A stretch of 32,634 nucleotides of DNA. Origin: an uncultured Weeksellaceae bacterium. Lineage in GTDB: Bacteria; Bacteroidota; Bacteroidia; Flavobacteriales_D; CAYVSK01. The DNA lies in assembly GCA_964582635.1 (NCBI GenBank), contig CAZOSO010000001.1, forward strand, positions 39,222-71,855, in the 5' to 3' direction. Position numbers and translations under genes: made by a program. Shown here in pieces: positions 1-9,100 of the stretch; position 1 is the first letter of the stretch, and the number at the start of each line of letters is the position of its first letter. A model generated the notes under the pieces. The model ran no database searches. It had not been told where the DNA came from and saw only the letters and a program-made list of their open reading frames with translations.

Positions 1-117
1 CTGTCCAAAAAATGGACCTTTTCCTCCTCTGCAGGGGTTTCCTTTATAGAACGGTCCTTACAAGCACTGATCAAGAACAGGAGCCCTATAAGGACCTTCA
101 AGGACAAAAGGGGAGGA

Positions 118-1896
118 TCAAGGTGTGGGGAGTTTTTCTTCACGGATCTTTTGCTCCAATTCATCGGACCCACTTCCTGCTTTGCGGGCTTTTTTCCAAT
201 ATTCAAGGGCTCGCTCCTTGTCCCCGGTCCGATAGAGGACATCTCCATAATGCTCGAGGATCGTAGCACTGTTCTGCCCCCCCCGGTCCAAGGCTTTTTT
301 CAACTTTTTGCGTGCCTCCTTGAAATCCCCCTTTTGATAAAGGATCCATCCATAAGTGTCCAGGAAAGAAGGCCGACCCGGCTCCAATGAATTGGCCTTT
401 TCACTCATCTTCAAGGCCTTGTCGAGGCTATCGCCTCGTTCGGACAGGTAATAGGCGTAGTTGTTGAGCAAGAACGGATCCTTAGAGCGGATATCCAAAG
501 CCCGATCGTAAGCTTGGTCCGAAGCTGTGTAATCCCCGATCCGGTAATGGACCTCTCCGAGCCTCTTCAAAAAGCGATATTTCAGTTGATCATCGTTAAC
601 GACCAGCGACTTCCCGAACTTCAAGGGCTCCACAGCTTCTTGATATCGCTTTTTCCCGGACAAGGCGATCCCTTCAAAGAGGTAAATTTTGGGTTGATTG
701 GGAAAATACTCTTTGGCTTTCCTGCTATCGACCAAGAGGCTATCGTAGGCCTTCTTTTGCCGATCGATGACCAGGATCTGCTGCCAAATGGGAAAGCGGT
801 CGGGATCGAGCTTAACAGCCTTTTTGAACATGCGCCGGGCTTTCATCTTTTTTCCATCCCTTGCCAGGAAGTCCCCATATATCGAATAAGATTTGGCCTC
901 CTTTGGATGCGCTTTTACTAAAAGGTCCAGAAGCTCATAAGCTTCTTTTTTCAGCTCAGCGTCTCCACGAGAGCGGGAGAAATAGCTCAGAAGAACTTTG
1001 ACCTTCCGGTCCACTCCCAAACTTTGACTTCTATAAGCCTTTTTGAGATGATGAATGGCTTTTTGTTTTTTCCCGTTCTTCCGATAAAAGCGAGATATAG
1101 AGAGATGGGCTCTCCCATTGTCGGGGTCTTGATCGAGCAAACGGTCGTAGGCTTCCCGAGCTTTTTCCGGCTCATTCATTTTCTGGTAAAGCTCGGCCAT
1201 AACCCCGTAATACTTAGCTTCATTGGGATAACGCTCGACGAGTTCCTTTACTTCCTGAAGAGCCTTCTCATGATCCCCGATCCTTTGGTAGAGGCGCTGT
1301 TTTTGAAGGTGGACCCGAGGGCGTAAACCCATCCGGCTTTCGATCGAATCGTACACGGATATGGCCTCACGGTGTTTCCCTGCCCGGATCAAAGCGTCCG
1401 CATATTGGTAAGAGAGTTTTAATTCCGGATCATCCCGATCCAAAAGGTTTCGATAAACAGCCGCGGCCTTTTCATAAGAGCCGTATTCAACATATAGCTC
1501 GGCCAGCAATTTTTGATACCATTCATTCTCGGGATCCATGGCCGCAGCCATCTTAGCATGCTTCAAAGCTTTCGAGCGCTCTTTTTTCTCCCTGAGGATC
1601 CGGGCGATCTCATAATGAGCGGAGGGGAGGGCCGAATCGATCTCAAAGGCCTTCCGGAACAAATGGAGGGCCCTATCCTTGTTCCCGATCATCTTCTCTT
1701 TGTTGGCATCGATCAGGATGCTCTTTAAACGCATGGAGTCCTTTTGGGTCAAGGATCCTTTCTGTTCGGGAATATCCACAGAAAGCTCATCCTCCCCACT
1801 ACTCCCCCCCATACCTGAAAAGACCCCACAAGAGGAAAGCAGGAAAAGAAGGGAAAGGGAGTAAAGCAATGACCGGTATGGGGAAAGACTGGACAC
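118..1896 (-). CDS. TPR-repeat lipoprotein
   Basis: 592-aa ORF. GTG start lies 3 nt after the stop of the upstream gene (TGA at 1900-1902). N-terminus MSSLSPYRSLLYSLSLLFLLSSCG reads as a signal peptide plus lipobox (LSSC). The rest is a run of degenerate 34-aa TPR-like helix pairs (e.g. AHLSISRFYRKNGKKQKAIHHLKKAY, ALEYWKKARKAG). Confidence 0.8.
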   Translation of the reverse strand: MSSLSPYRSLLYSLSLLFLLSSCGVFSGMGGSSGEDELSVDIPEQKGSLTQKDSMRLKSILIDANKEKMIGNKDRALHLFRKAFEIDSALPSAHYEIARILREKKERSKALKHAKMAAAMDPENEWYQKLLAELYVEYGSYEKAAAVYRNLLDRDDPELKLSYQYADALIRAGKHREAISVYDSIESRMGLRPRVHLQKQRLYQRIGDHEKALQEVKELVERYPNEAKYYGVMAELYQKMNEPEKAREAYDRLLDQDPDNGRAHLSISRFYRKNGKKQKAIHHLKKAYRSQSLGVDRKVKVLLSYFSRSRGDAELKKEAYELLDLLVKAHPKEAKSYSIYGDFLARDGKKMKARRMFKKAVKLDPDRFPIWQQILVIDRQKKAYDSLLVDSRKAKEYFPNQPKIYLFEGIALSGKKRYQEAVEPLKFGKSLVVNDDQLKYRFLKRLGEVHYRIGDYTASDQAYDRALDIRSKDPFLLNNYAYYLSERGDSLDKALKMSEKANSLEPGRPSFLDTYGWILYQKGDFKEARKKLKKALDRGGQNSATILEHYGDVLYRTGDKERALEYWKKARKAGSGSDELEQKIREEKLPTP

Positions 1897-1899
1897 GCG

Positions 1900-2910
1900 T
1901 CAGGACCCTTTTATCTCATTATAATCCCCTATGCTCAAGTCTTTAGGAGGGACATCGTATGCGGCATGATTTCCGATCATGGAATTCTCAATGTTGGCCC
2001 CACGTAGGCTACTATTGGCCTGAACGATGGAATTACGGATCACACTTTGCTGAACGCGGGTCCCTTCCCCGATCGAAACGTGAGGACCGACCACGCTATT
2101 TTCCAATACCACTCCCTTTCCAATGTAACAGGGTGGAACGATCACGCTGTTGGAATTCTCATGATCGGGGGAGATCAACTCTTCGTCTTTTTTGAATTCC
2201 AGAACGCGCTGATTGGTATGAACGGTGAGATCTTTCTTTCCACAATCCAGCCACTCATCGACCTGCCCGGCTTCGAAGCGCACCCCCTGATCTTTCATCC
2301 GTTCCAGGGCATTGGTAAGCTGATATTCCCCTTTCTCTTTAATGTCATTGTCCACTAAATATTGGAGTTCTCGCTTCAAATGAGCCGCATCCCGGAAATA
2401 ATAGATCCCGATGATGGCCAGGTCCGAAGGAGGGTCTTGAGGTTTTTCCACCATATCGGTTATATAACCCTCATCATCGAGGGTCACAAGGCCAAAGGAA
2501 GAGGGATCGTCCTCCACCTTCTTCACCCACACAACCCCATCCGTGTCTTCGTCCATTTTCAGATCGGATCGGAAAAGCGTATCGGCAAAAGCCACGACCA
2601 CCTTCCCATCCAAACGGTCCCCGGCACAGAGCACAGCATGAGCTGTTCCCAGGGCCTCCTCCTGATAATGGATAGAGGCTGAAGCCCCCAGACCGGAAGC
2701 GATCTCCCGCAACTTATCTTCTACTTCTTCCCCAAAATCACCGATCACATATGCGACCTCTTCGATCGGCTCTTGGCAAACAGAAGCAATGTCCTCGACC
2801 AAACGCTGCACGATAGGTTTTCCGGCGATCGGGAGCAGGGGTTTGGGAACAGTAAGGGTATGAGGACGCATCCGCTTTCCCACTCCCGCCATTGGTACAA
2901 TGATCTTCAT
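1900..2910 (-). CDS. sugar-phosphate nucleotidyltransferase (NTP_transferase fold plus C-terminal left-handed beta-helix)
   Basis: 336-aa ORF with an ATG start. N-terminal MKIIVPMAGVGKRMRPHTLTVPKPLLPIAGKPIV matches the G-x-G-x-R...K-P-L signature of glucose-1-P thymidylyl/uridylyl-type transferases. The C-terminal hexapeptide-like repeats (VVGPHVSIGEGTRVQQSVIRNSIV) fit an LbH domain. The sugar substrate cannot be assigned from sequence alone. Confidence 0.85.
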   Translation of the reverse strand: MKIIVPMAGVGKRMRPHTLTVPKPLLPIAGKPIVQRLVEDIASVCQEPIEEVAYVIGDFGEEVEDKLREIASGLGASASIHYQEEALGTAHAVLCAGDRLDGKVVVAFADTLFRSDLKMDEDTDGVVWVKKVEDDPSSFGLVTLDDEGYITDMVEKPQDPPSDLAIIGIYYFRDAAHLKRELQYLVDNDIKEKGEYQLTNALERMKDQGVRFEAGQVDEWLDCGKKDLTVHTNQRVLEFKKDEELISPDHENSNSVIVPPCYIGKGVVLENSVVGPHVSIGEGTRVQQSVIRNSIVQANSSLRGANIENSMIGNHAAYDVPPKDLSIGDYNEIKGS

Positions 2911-2949
2911 GAACGAAGCTTTGATTCCTTTCTATTTCGCAAGAAAGAG

Positions 2950-2957
2950 CAAAAATA
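2950..2957 (-). promoter_or_regulatory. candidate Bacteroidota -7 promoter box (TATTTTTG) for the nucleotidyltransferase/TPR-lipoprotein operon
   Basis: The reverse complement of caaaaata at 2950-2957 is TATTTTTG, an exact match to TAnnTTTG. It lies 40 nt upstream of the ATG at 2910. Confidence 0.5.
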
Positions 2958-3050
2958 AAGCATTGGGAGATCAAGCCTTCAGGGAAAGCTTACTCATTCA
3001 GTGCGGATCCTATGCTAGAAAAGGATGCTTTATTTCGAGTATGGAGTCCC

Positions 3051-3058
3051 TATATTTG
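3051..3058 (+). promoter_or_regulatory. candidate -7 promoter box (TATATTTG) for the TPR-SpoIIE gene
   Basis: Exact TAnnTTTG match at 3051-3058, ending 7 nt before ATG 3065. Its position implies a leaderless or near-leaderless transcript, or use of a later start. Confidence 0.4.
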
Positions 3059-3064
3059 AGAGCG

Positions 3065-5251
3065 ATGCGTTGTGCTCCTTTATCTCAATGCTCATCGATC
3101 CCTCTTATGCTCCTCTTTCTTTTGATCACAGGGGGAAAGAGCGTTCGATCCCAATCGGGTCCGGATAAAGGATCGCCAAAACTCGATTCGCTTCTCGAAA
3201 AGGCCACCCGTTTTCGTTTCTCGAAACCGGAACAGGCCAAAGAATTAAGTCATCGAGCCCTCGAGCTCGCTAAGAAAAAAGGGCAGCTCAGGGGAAGGGC
3301 AAGGGCTATCGAGCTCTTGGGCGAGCTGAACTTATTCCAGAACCATTTATCGTTAGCAAAGACCCGCTTGAAGCGAGCGGACTCCATCCGAACCCTTATG
3401 GAGGACCCCACGGGGAAGGGAAAGCAAAGGCTCGAGACCGGTTTGATCCTTCTCAATAAACACAAGTTCCTCAAGGCCGACAGCCTCTTTAAAGAGGCAG
3501 CTTCGTATTTCGAAAAAGCAGGTCGGATCGAGCAACTCGGGCGAAGCCATTATTTCCGGGCCAAGGCCTATTATCACAAAAACCTTTTTCCCAAGGCCCT
3601 AAAAGAAGCTCACCGGGCCCTCACCCTTTACGATTCGATCGCTGCTCCGGAAGGGAAAGCCTTGGCTTATCGGAACATCGGAGAGATCCATTGGGCGCAG
3701 GAGAACGAGGATAAAGCGATGGAAGCTTACCAGGAGGCGGCCAATTTCTTCGAAAAGGCTGGCAATGATGCGGGGATAGCCAGTGCAAAGGACCTTATGG
3801 GTGAATATTACCTCCATAAGAAGAAAATAGATTCCGCTCGCCAATGTTACTCACGAGCTCTGGAACTCCGGAACGAAAAGGGAAAGCAATCAGCTTATTC
3901 GCGGGCGAACCTTGCAAGAGCCCTTTTTTGGAAGGAAAAGCTCGATAGCAGCGAACAACTGGCCCGGGAAGCTCTGAAAGTCTTCGAGCGATTTCGCGAT
4001 CCGACCGGATCGATCCAGACGAACAGGATACTCGGAGATATTGCGCAAAAGCGGGGGCAGCTCGATAGTGCTCTTCACTATTACCGGAAGGCGCTCCCGA
4101 AAGCCAAAAGGATCGATGATTTTGGGGCGACTGCCGGCCTTTATCGTTCCATCGCCAAGATCTACGATCGAAAGGGGAGGGGAGGAAAAGCTTATGAAAC
4201 GTTGAAAAAAGCTTCCACCTACGAAGATTCCCTCGCCCTGAAAGAACAAAAGAAGAAGATGGCCGAGCTGACCGCTAAATACGATATGCGGGAACGGAAG
4301 AAAGAATTGAAACTGAAAGAGGCCCAACTCAAGAGGAATCGTTTACGCTTAGCCTTGGTCATGGGCGGTTTGGCCTTGGTGGTCCTTTTCTCCGGATTCC
4401 TCTATTACCAAGTCCGGCAAAAGAAAAAGGCCAACACGGCCTTGGTCCAAAAGAACCATTTGATCGAAGAGAAGAACCGGGAGATCCTTCAGTCCCTTCG
4501 CTATGCGAGCCATATCCAGAGCGCCGTCCTTCCGGAGGAAGAACGAATAAAAGAAAACATCGGCTCCGGCTTCGTCCTCTTCAAACCCAGGGATATGGTC
4601 TCTGGGGACCTTTACTGGATGGAGGAAGAGCAAGGCCTTTTCTTTTTCGCGGTGGTCGACTGTACCGGTCATGGAGTTCCCGGAGCCCTTATCAGCATCC
4701 TTGGGCACAATGCGCTCAACAAAGCCATTAAGGAAGAGCAGTTGCAAGACCCGGCCGATATCCTTTCCTTCCTCGATCAACAGTTGAAACAGACCCTGGG
4801 CAAGCAAAACCAGGGCATGGAGTTAAGGGACGGGATGGACATCGCTTTGTGCTGCTACGACCCCCAGAAGCAGGAGCTGAGCTTTGCTGGAGCGGTCGAA
4901 CCCCTTTATCTGCTCAAGAAAGATGCAGACCGGATCGAAGAGTACAAAGGGGACCGACAACCGGTAGGCGGGATCCTTTCGGAAAGTGAGGGGAAAAAGC
5001 TCTTCACTTCCCAAAAGTTCGCCCTGCAGGAAGGAGATCGTTTTTATATCTTTTCGGACGGTTATCCGGATCAATTCGGTGGGGAAAAAGGTAAAAAGCT
5101 CAAATACAGCAAATTCCGGAACATCATTTTGGAAACTGCGGATGTGTCCGACCTGAGGGAACAAAGAGATGCTTTGGACAAGCGATTCGAGAAATGGCGC
5201 GGGGAACACGAACAAGTGGACGACGTGTTGGTGATCGGAGCTAGGGTCTGA
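3065..5251 (+). CDS. membrane TPR-sensor SpoIIE/PP2C-family protein phosphatase
   Basis: Frame of ORF-track entry 2900..5251. I moved the start to ATG 3065 because the ATGs at 2900 and 2909 overlap the start codon of the divergent gene and a TAnnTTTG box sits at 3051-3058. ATG 3041 and ATG 3107 remain alternatives. Domain order: N-terminal hydrophobic segment (IPLMLLFLLITGG), about 400 aa of TPR-like repeats, a coiled coil, a TM helix (LALVMGGLALVVLFSGFLYY), then SpoIIE-type PP2C motifs (SGDLYW, AVVDCTGHGVPGA, DGMDIAL, FSDGYPDQFGG, DDVLVIG). Confidence 0.85.
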   Translation: MRCAPLSQCSSIPLMLLFLLITGGKSVRSQSGPDKGSPKLDSLLEKATRFRFSKPEQAKELSHRALELAKKKGQLRGRARAIELLGELNLFQNHLSLAKTRLKRADSIRTLMEDPTGKGKQRLETGLILLNKHKFLKADSLFKEAASYFEKAGRIEQLGRSHYFRAKAYYHKNLFPKALKEAHRALTLYDSIAAPEGKALAYRNIGEIHWAQENEDKAMEAYQEAANFFEKAGNDAGIASAKDLMGEYYLHKKKIDSARQCYSRALELRNEKGKQSAYSRANLARALFWKEKLDSSEQLAREALKVFERFRDPTGSIQTNRILGDIAQKRGQLDSALHYYRKALPKAKRIDDFGATAGLYRSIAKIYDRKGRGGKAYETLKKASTYEDSLALKEQKKKMAELTAKYDMRERKKELKLKEAQLKRNRLRLALVMGGLALVVLFSGFLYYQVRQKKKANTALVQKNHLIEEKNREILQSLRYASHIQSAVLPEEERIKENIGSGFVLFKPRDMVSGDLYWMEEEQGLFFFAVVDCTGHGVPGALISILGHNALNKAIKEEQLQDPADILSFLDQQLKQTLGKQNQGMELRDGMDIALCCYDPQKQELSFAGAVEPLYLLKKDADRIEEYKGDRQPVGGILSESEGKKLFTSQKFALQEGDRFYIFSDGYPDQFGGEKGKKLKYSKFRNIILETADVSDLREQRDALDKRFEKWRGEHEQVDDVLVIGARV

Positions 5252-5289
5252 TAGGGGATTTTGAAAACAAACGAGCTCCAAGATCTCCT

Positions 5290-5297
5290 TATATTTG
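5290..5297 (+). promoter_or_regulatory. candidate -7 promoter box (TATATTTG) for the USP gene
   Basis: Exact TAnnTTTG match 25 nt upstream of ATG 5322. The TTG at 5295 used by the ORF track lies inside this box, which favours the ATG 5322 start. Confidence 0.5.
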
Positions 5298-5321
5298 AAC
5301 CCAGTTTTAAGCCCTTTAGCG

Positions 5322-6164
5322 ATGAGCACGAAAAAGATCCTGGTACCCACTGACTTTACAAAAGCCGGAAAATGCGCTGAAAGCCACGCTTTGCGCACAG
5401 CACAGATCGTGCACGGAGAAGTTTATCTCCTTCACATCGTAAAGGAACGGGAGGATGTTGAAGAAGCACGCAAAAAGCTCGACCAAGAGGTCCAGGAGCT
5501 TAAAAAGGACCATTCCGTCGAGATCCATCCCATGGTGCGTGTGGGGACCATCTTTGAGGATATCGGGGATGCAGCTACGGAAGTGGAAGCTGACCTGATC
5601 TTCATGGGGACCCATGGCATGAAAGGCATGCAATACCTATTGGGGAGCAATGCCCTGCGCGTGATCAAACACTCTTCCGCCCCTTTCATCGTGGTCCAGG
5701 AAAAGGATATCGATCCGAAGGGTTATGATGACATCGTGGTCCCCTTGGACCTGAGCCAAGAGACCAAACAGAAACTCGATATTACGGTCAACCTGGCCAA
5801 ATACTTCGATTCCAGGATCCATTTGATCACCCCTACGGAAACGGATGAATTCCTCAAGAACCAATTGGACCGGAATCTCCATTTCGCCGAGAACTTTTTC
5901 AAGGAGAACGGCGTGGAGTATACGACCAAGATCGCGAACGAAAAAGCTTCCAACTTTGTGAGCCCCATCGTTCGTCACGCGAGTGAAAAAGATGCGGATC
6001 TGATCACCATCGTCAATCTTAAGGAGAACAGCCTCTTGGGAGCTTTTGCCAGTTCAGAAGAACAAAAGCTGATCACCAACGAAGCTCAGATCCCTGTTAT
6101 GGTGCTCAATCCCCATCAAACCACCGATCCGTCCAGCGTGAGCTTCTCCACAGAAGGAGGGTGA
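5322..6164 (+). CDS. tandem-domain universal stress protein (UspA family)
   Basis: Two Usp-like halves. The first begins MSTKKILVPTDFT and contains a near G-x2-G-x(8-9)-G-S nucleotide-binding motif (GTHGMKGMQYLLGSN). The second begins YDDIVVPLDLS and ends IPVMVLN. Start set at ATG 5322 rather than TTG 5295. Confidence 0.85.
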   Translation: MSTKKILVPTDFTKAGKCAESHALRTAQIVHGEVYLLHIVKEREDVEEARKKLDQEVQELKKDHSVEIHPMVRVGTIFEDIGDAATEVEADLIFMGTHGMKGMQYLLGSNALRVIKHSSAPFIVVQEKDIDPKGYDDIVVPLDLSQETKQKLDITVNLAKYFDSRIHLITPTETDEFLKNQLDRNLHFAENFFKENGVEYTTKIANEKASNFVSPIVRHASEKDADLITIVNLKENSLLGAFASSEEQKLITNEAQIPVMVLNPHQTTDPSSVSFSTEGG

Positions 6165-6170
6165 AAAAGC

Positions 6171-9100
6171 TTATTCTTCAGCGGGGCCTTGCTCGTTGGC
6201 CTCTGCTTCCATCTTGGCCAGACGTTCCTCGATCTCACGAAGGTGCTCCAGTTTTTTCTTACGACGGAGGTTGATGGCCGACTCCGTAAAATAATGATGC
6301 TCCCGAAGGAAGCTCACCTGTAAGCGGTCCCATTCGATCATGCTTTGGATCTTTCCTCGCTCCATCAGCTCTTTTCTCAACTTATCGGCGATCTCGTGAA
6401 AATCCTCTCTTCCCAGATAATCGAGGTCCGCATCGCAAATGATCTCTTCTAAGTGGTTCTTGGGCTTCGGCGGGACCTGGGTCGCATGGATCATGGAGGC
6501 CACCTGGTCCAATTGCTCCTCCGTATACCCGTAATTAGGCAGCATTTCTTTCGCCATTCGGGCCCCGATCCACTCGTTGTTCTCATATTGCTCCACAAAA
6601 CCAGCATCGTGGAAAAGGGCTGCGGTCTTTAAAAGGAAGAGGTCTTCGCCTTCGATCCCTTCCATGAAAGCCAACCTTTCCACTGCTTGGCACACATCTT
6701 CCGTGTGTCGAACATCATGATAATAAAGGTTCTCAGGGAGTTCTTTGCGCAACTTTTTCAGCAGGGCTTTCTCGGCTTTTCGGTAATTGATCTTGCTGAA
6801 GAAGTGAAGGTTCATATACTCCCAGAAGGCCTCGTTGGGCTCTTCACCTTTTCCATCCACCGAGAGTTCCGGTTTAATGCGGTCCACGAAGAACATGTCG
6901 ATATGCCCCTTGTTCTTGGCATGAACCTTACCCCGGTAGGTACATTCGAAAAAGGGCTCGATATAGCTATAAGTGGACCCTGAGATGTTGACCTTTCCGA
7001 CTTCTCCGTTGGATTCCATTCGAGCGGCCACGTTGACCGTATCCCCCCATATATCGTAGGCGTAACGCTTGATCCCGATAACACCTGCGATCAGTTCCCC
7101 CGTATGGATCCCGATCCGGAGTTCCCAATGATCTTCATCCTTGTTCTCGAGGCGATTCCTTTGCTTCTGCATATAGCGCTGGATCTCCATGCCAGCGAGC
7201 ACCGTATGGATCGGATTGGTCTTGTTACGGATAGGGATCCCCCCAGCGCACATATAAGCATCCCCGATGGTCTTGATCTTTTCCAGTTCCCAGCGCTCGA
7301 TGATCTGATCGAACTTGATGAAATAACTGTCGAGCCGGGCCACTAATTCCGTGGCCTTCATTTGCTCGGCGATCTTGGTGAAGCCTTTGAAATCGGTGAA
7401 CATCACTGTTGCCATCCGATAATGCCTAGCCGATGCTCTACCCCCGGTTTTGAGCTCATTAGCCGTATCCTCGGGAAGAAGGTTCACCAATAATTTATCC
7501 ACCTTGTTCTTTTCTTCTTCGAGGAGGGAACGCTGTTCCTCCACTTTTTCCTTCTCTTCCTCAAGGAGCTTGTTCTGTTCTTCGATCCGTTCTTTTTGCT
7601 GGGTCACCTCTTGCGTTCTTCGCCTTACCTCCATTTCGAGCTTCCGCTTTTGGCCCTCGATCAGATTCACCCGATAGCGATAGGCGCCAAAACCGGAGCC
7701 TGCTAAAACGAGCAATCCCAAGCCTCTGAACCACCAAGTAGCCCAATAGGGCCTTTCCACCAAGATCTCAAGTTCGGCAGGCTCTTGAGCCCAAACTCCA
7801 TCGCTGTTACAGCCCCATACTTTAAAGGTGTAAGTGCCCGGGTCGAGGTTCGTATAGTGCGCACTCCGGTCCCTTCCGGCCTCTACCGTGTCTTTATCGA
7901 AACCTTCGAGCAAATAGCGATAGCGGTTCTTCTCGGGTTGAGAATAATGAAGGGCCGCGAACTCGAGGGTGAAGTTGTTCTGATCCGGAGAAAGCACGAT
8001 CCGCTCGGTCTCTTCGATATCCTGCTCGAGCACTCCCCCTTTTTTGGGCCTTTCAGCCACATTAAAGAGTTTGAGCCGGGTGAACACCATTTCGGGGGGA
8101 TAGGGGTTTTTTTCGAGCCGGGAAGGATGAAAGGCGTTCAACCCGTTGATCCCTCCGAAAAAGATCTCCCCGGAATCGGAACGATGATAAGCTCCGATAT
8201 TGAATTCATCGCTCTGAAGGCCATCGCTTTTTTCAAAGACGGTGAACTCTTCCTTCTCCTTATCGAAACGACAGATCCCTCGATTGGTGCTCATCCACAA
8301 ATTTCCTTTCTCATCCCCGAGAACCCCATAGACGACGTTGTTAGGAAGTCCTTCTTTTTCCGTATAGTGCTCCACATGACCGCTCTCAGGGTCGAAGCGA
8401 TTCAAGCCTCCTCCATAGGTCCCTAACCATAAATACCCTTTACTGCCCTCCCATATCGACATCAAGCTGTTGGTGTTCAGACTGTTGGGCTGCTTCGGAT
8501 CCCGTTCGAAGACCTTCAGCTCATAACTTCGCTCGCCGTTCTTTTCGATCACCCGCAGCCGATTCAATCCACCCCCGTCCGTTGCGATCCAAAGATTTCC
8601 TTTGGATCCTTTGTGAATATCCCTTACCAGGGAATGCGATAACCTTGCGGTCGCGGAGCTATCGGTGCTGAACAGTTCAAGCTTTCCGCTCTGTGGATCA
8701 TAGCGTTTAAGACCGGTCCTTGTTCCGAGCCAAAGGATCCCATCTTTTCCTCGGAGGATATTGTAAACCTTGCTCCTTTGGACGCTTTCACCCTTTTTTC
8801 TCCTTTCATACGGCATTTTAATATAGCGTGCCGTGGAGGGATCGCTTCCGAGCTCTATCCGATAAAGGCCATCCACACACCCGGCCCAGATCTTTTCCCC
8901 AAGACTCAAAGACAGAACGCTCTTATCGTTAACGTCCGGGAACCTTTCGATGGGTCGATCGTAATGGTAGTAATGTCCTTGTTCCCGCTCAAACCGAGTG
9001 ATCCCTTTTCGGGTCCCCACCCATAGCTCGTTTTCCGAAGCGGTGGTGATCTCCCATACGTTCTTATCGTTCAACCCCTTTTCACTGAGGACATGGGAGG

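Noticed and set aside
1-117. Possible 5' end of another minus-strand gene (a TTG at 74 opens a frame that stays open to the left edge), and the plus-strand ORF 12..266.
   Set aside because: Only about 24 codons are visible, with a non-ATG start and no recognisable motif. The plus-strand ORF is antisense to the TPR lipoprotein gene.
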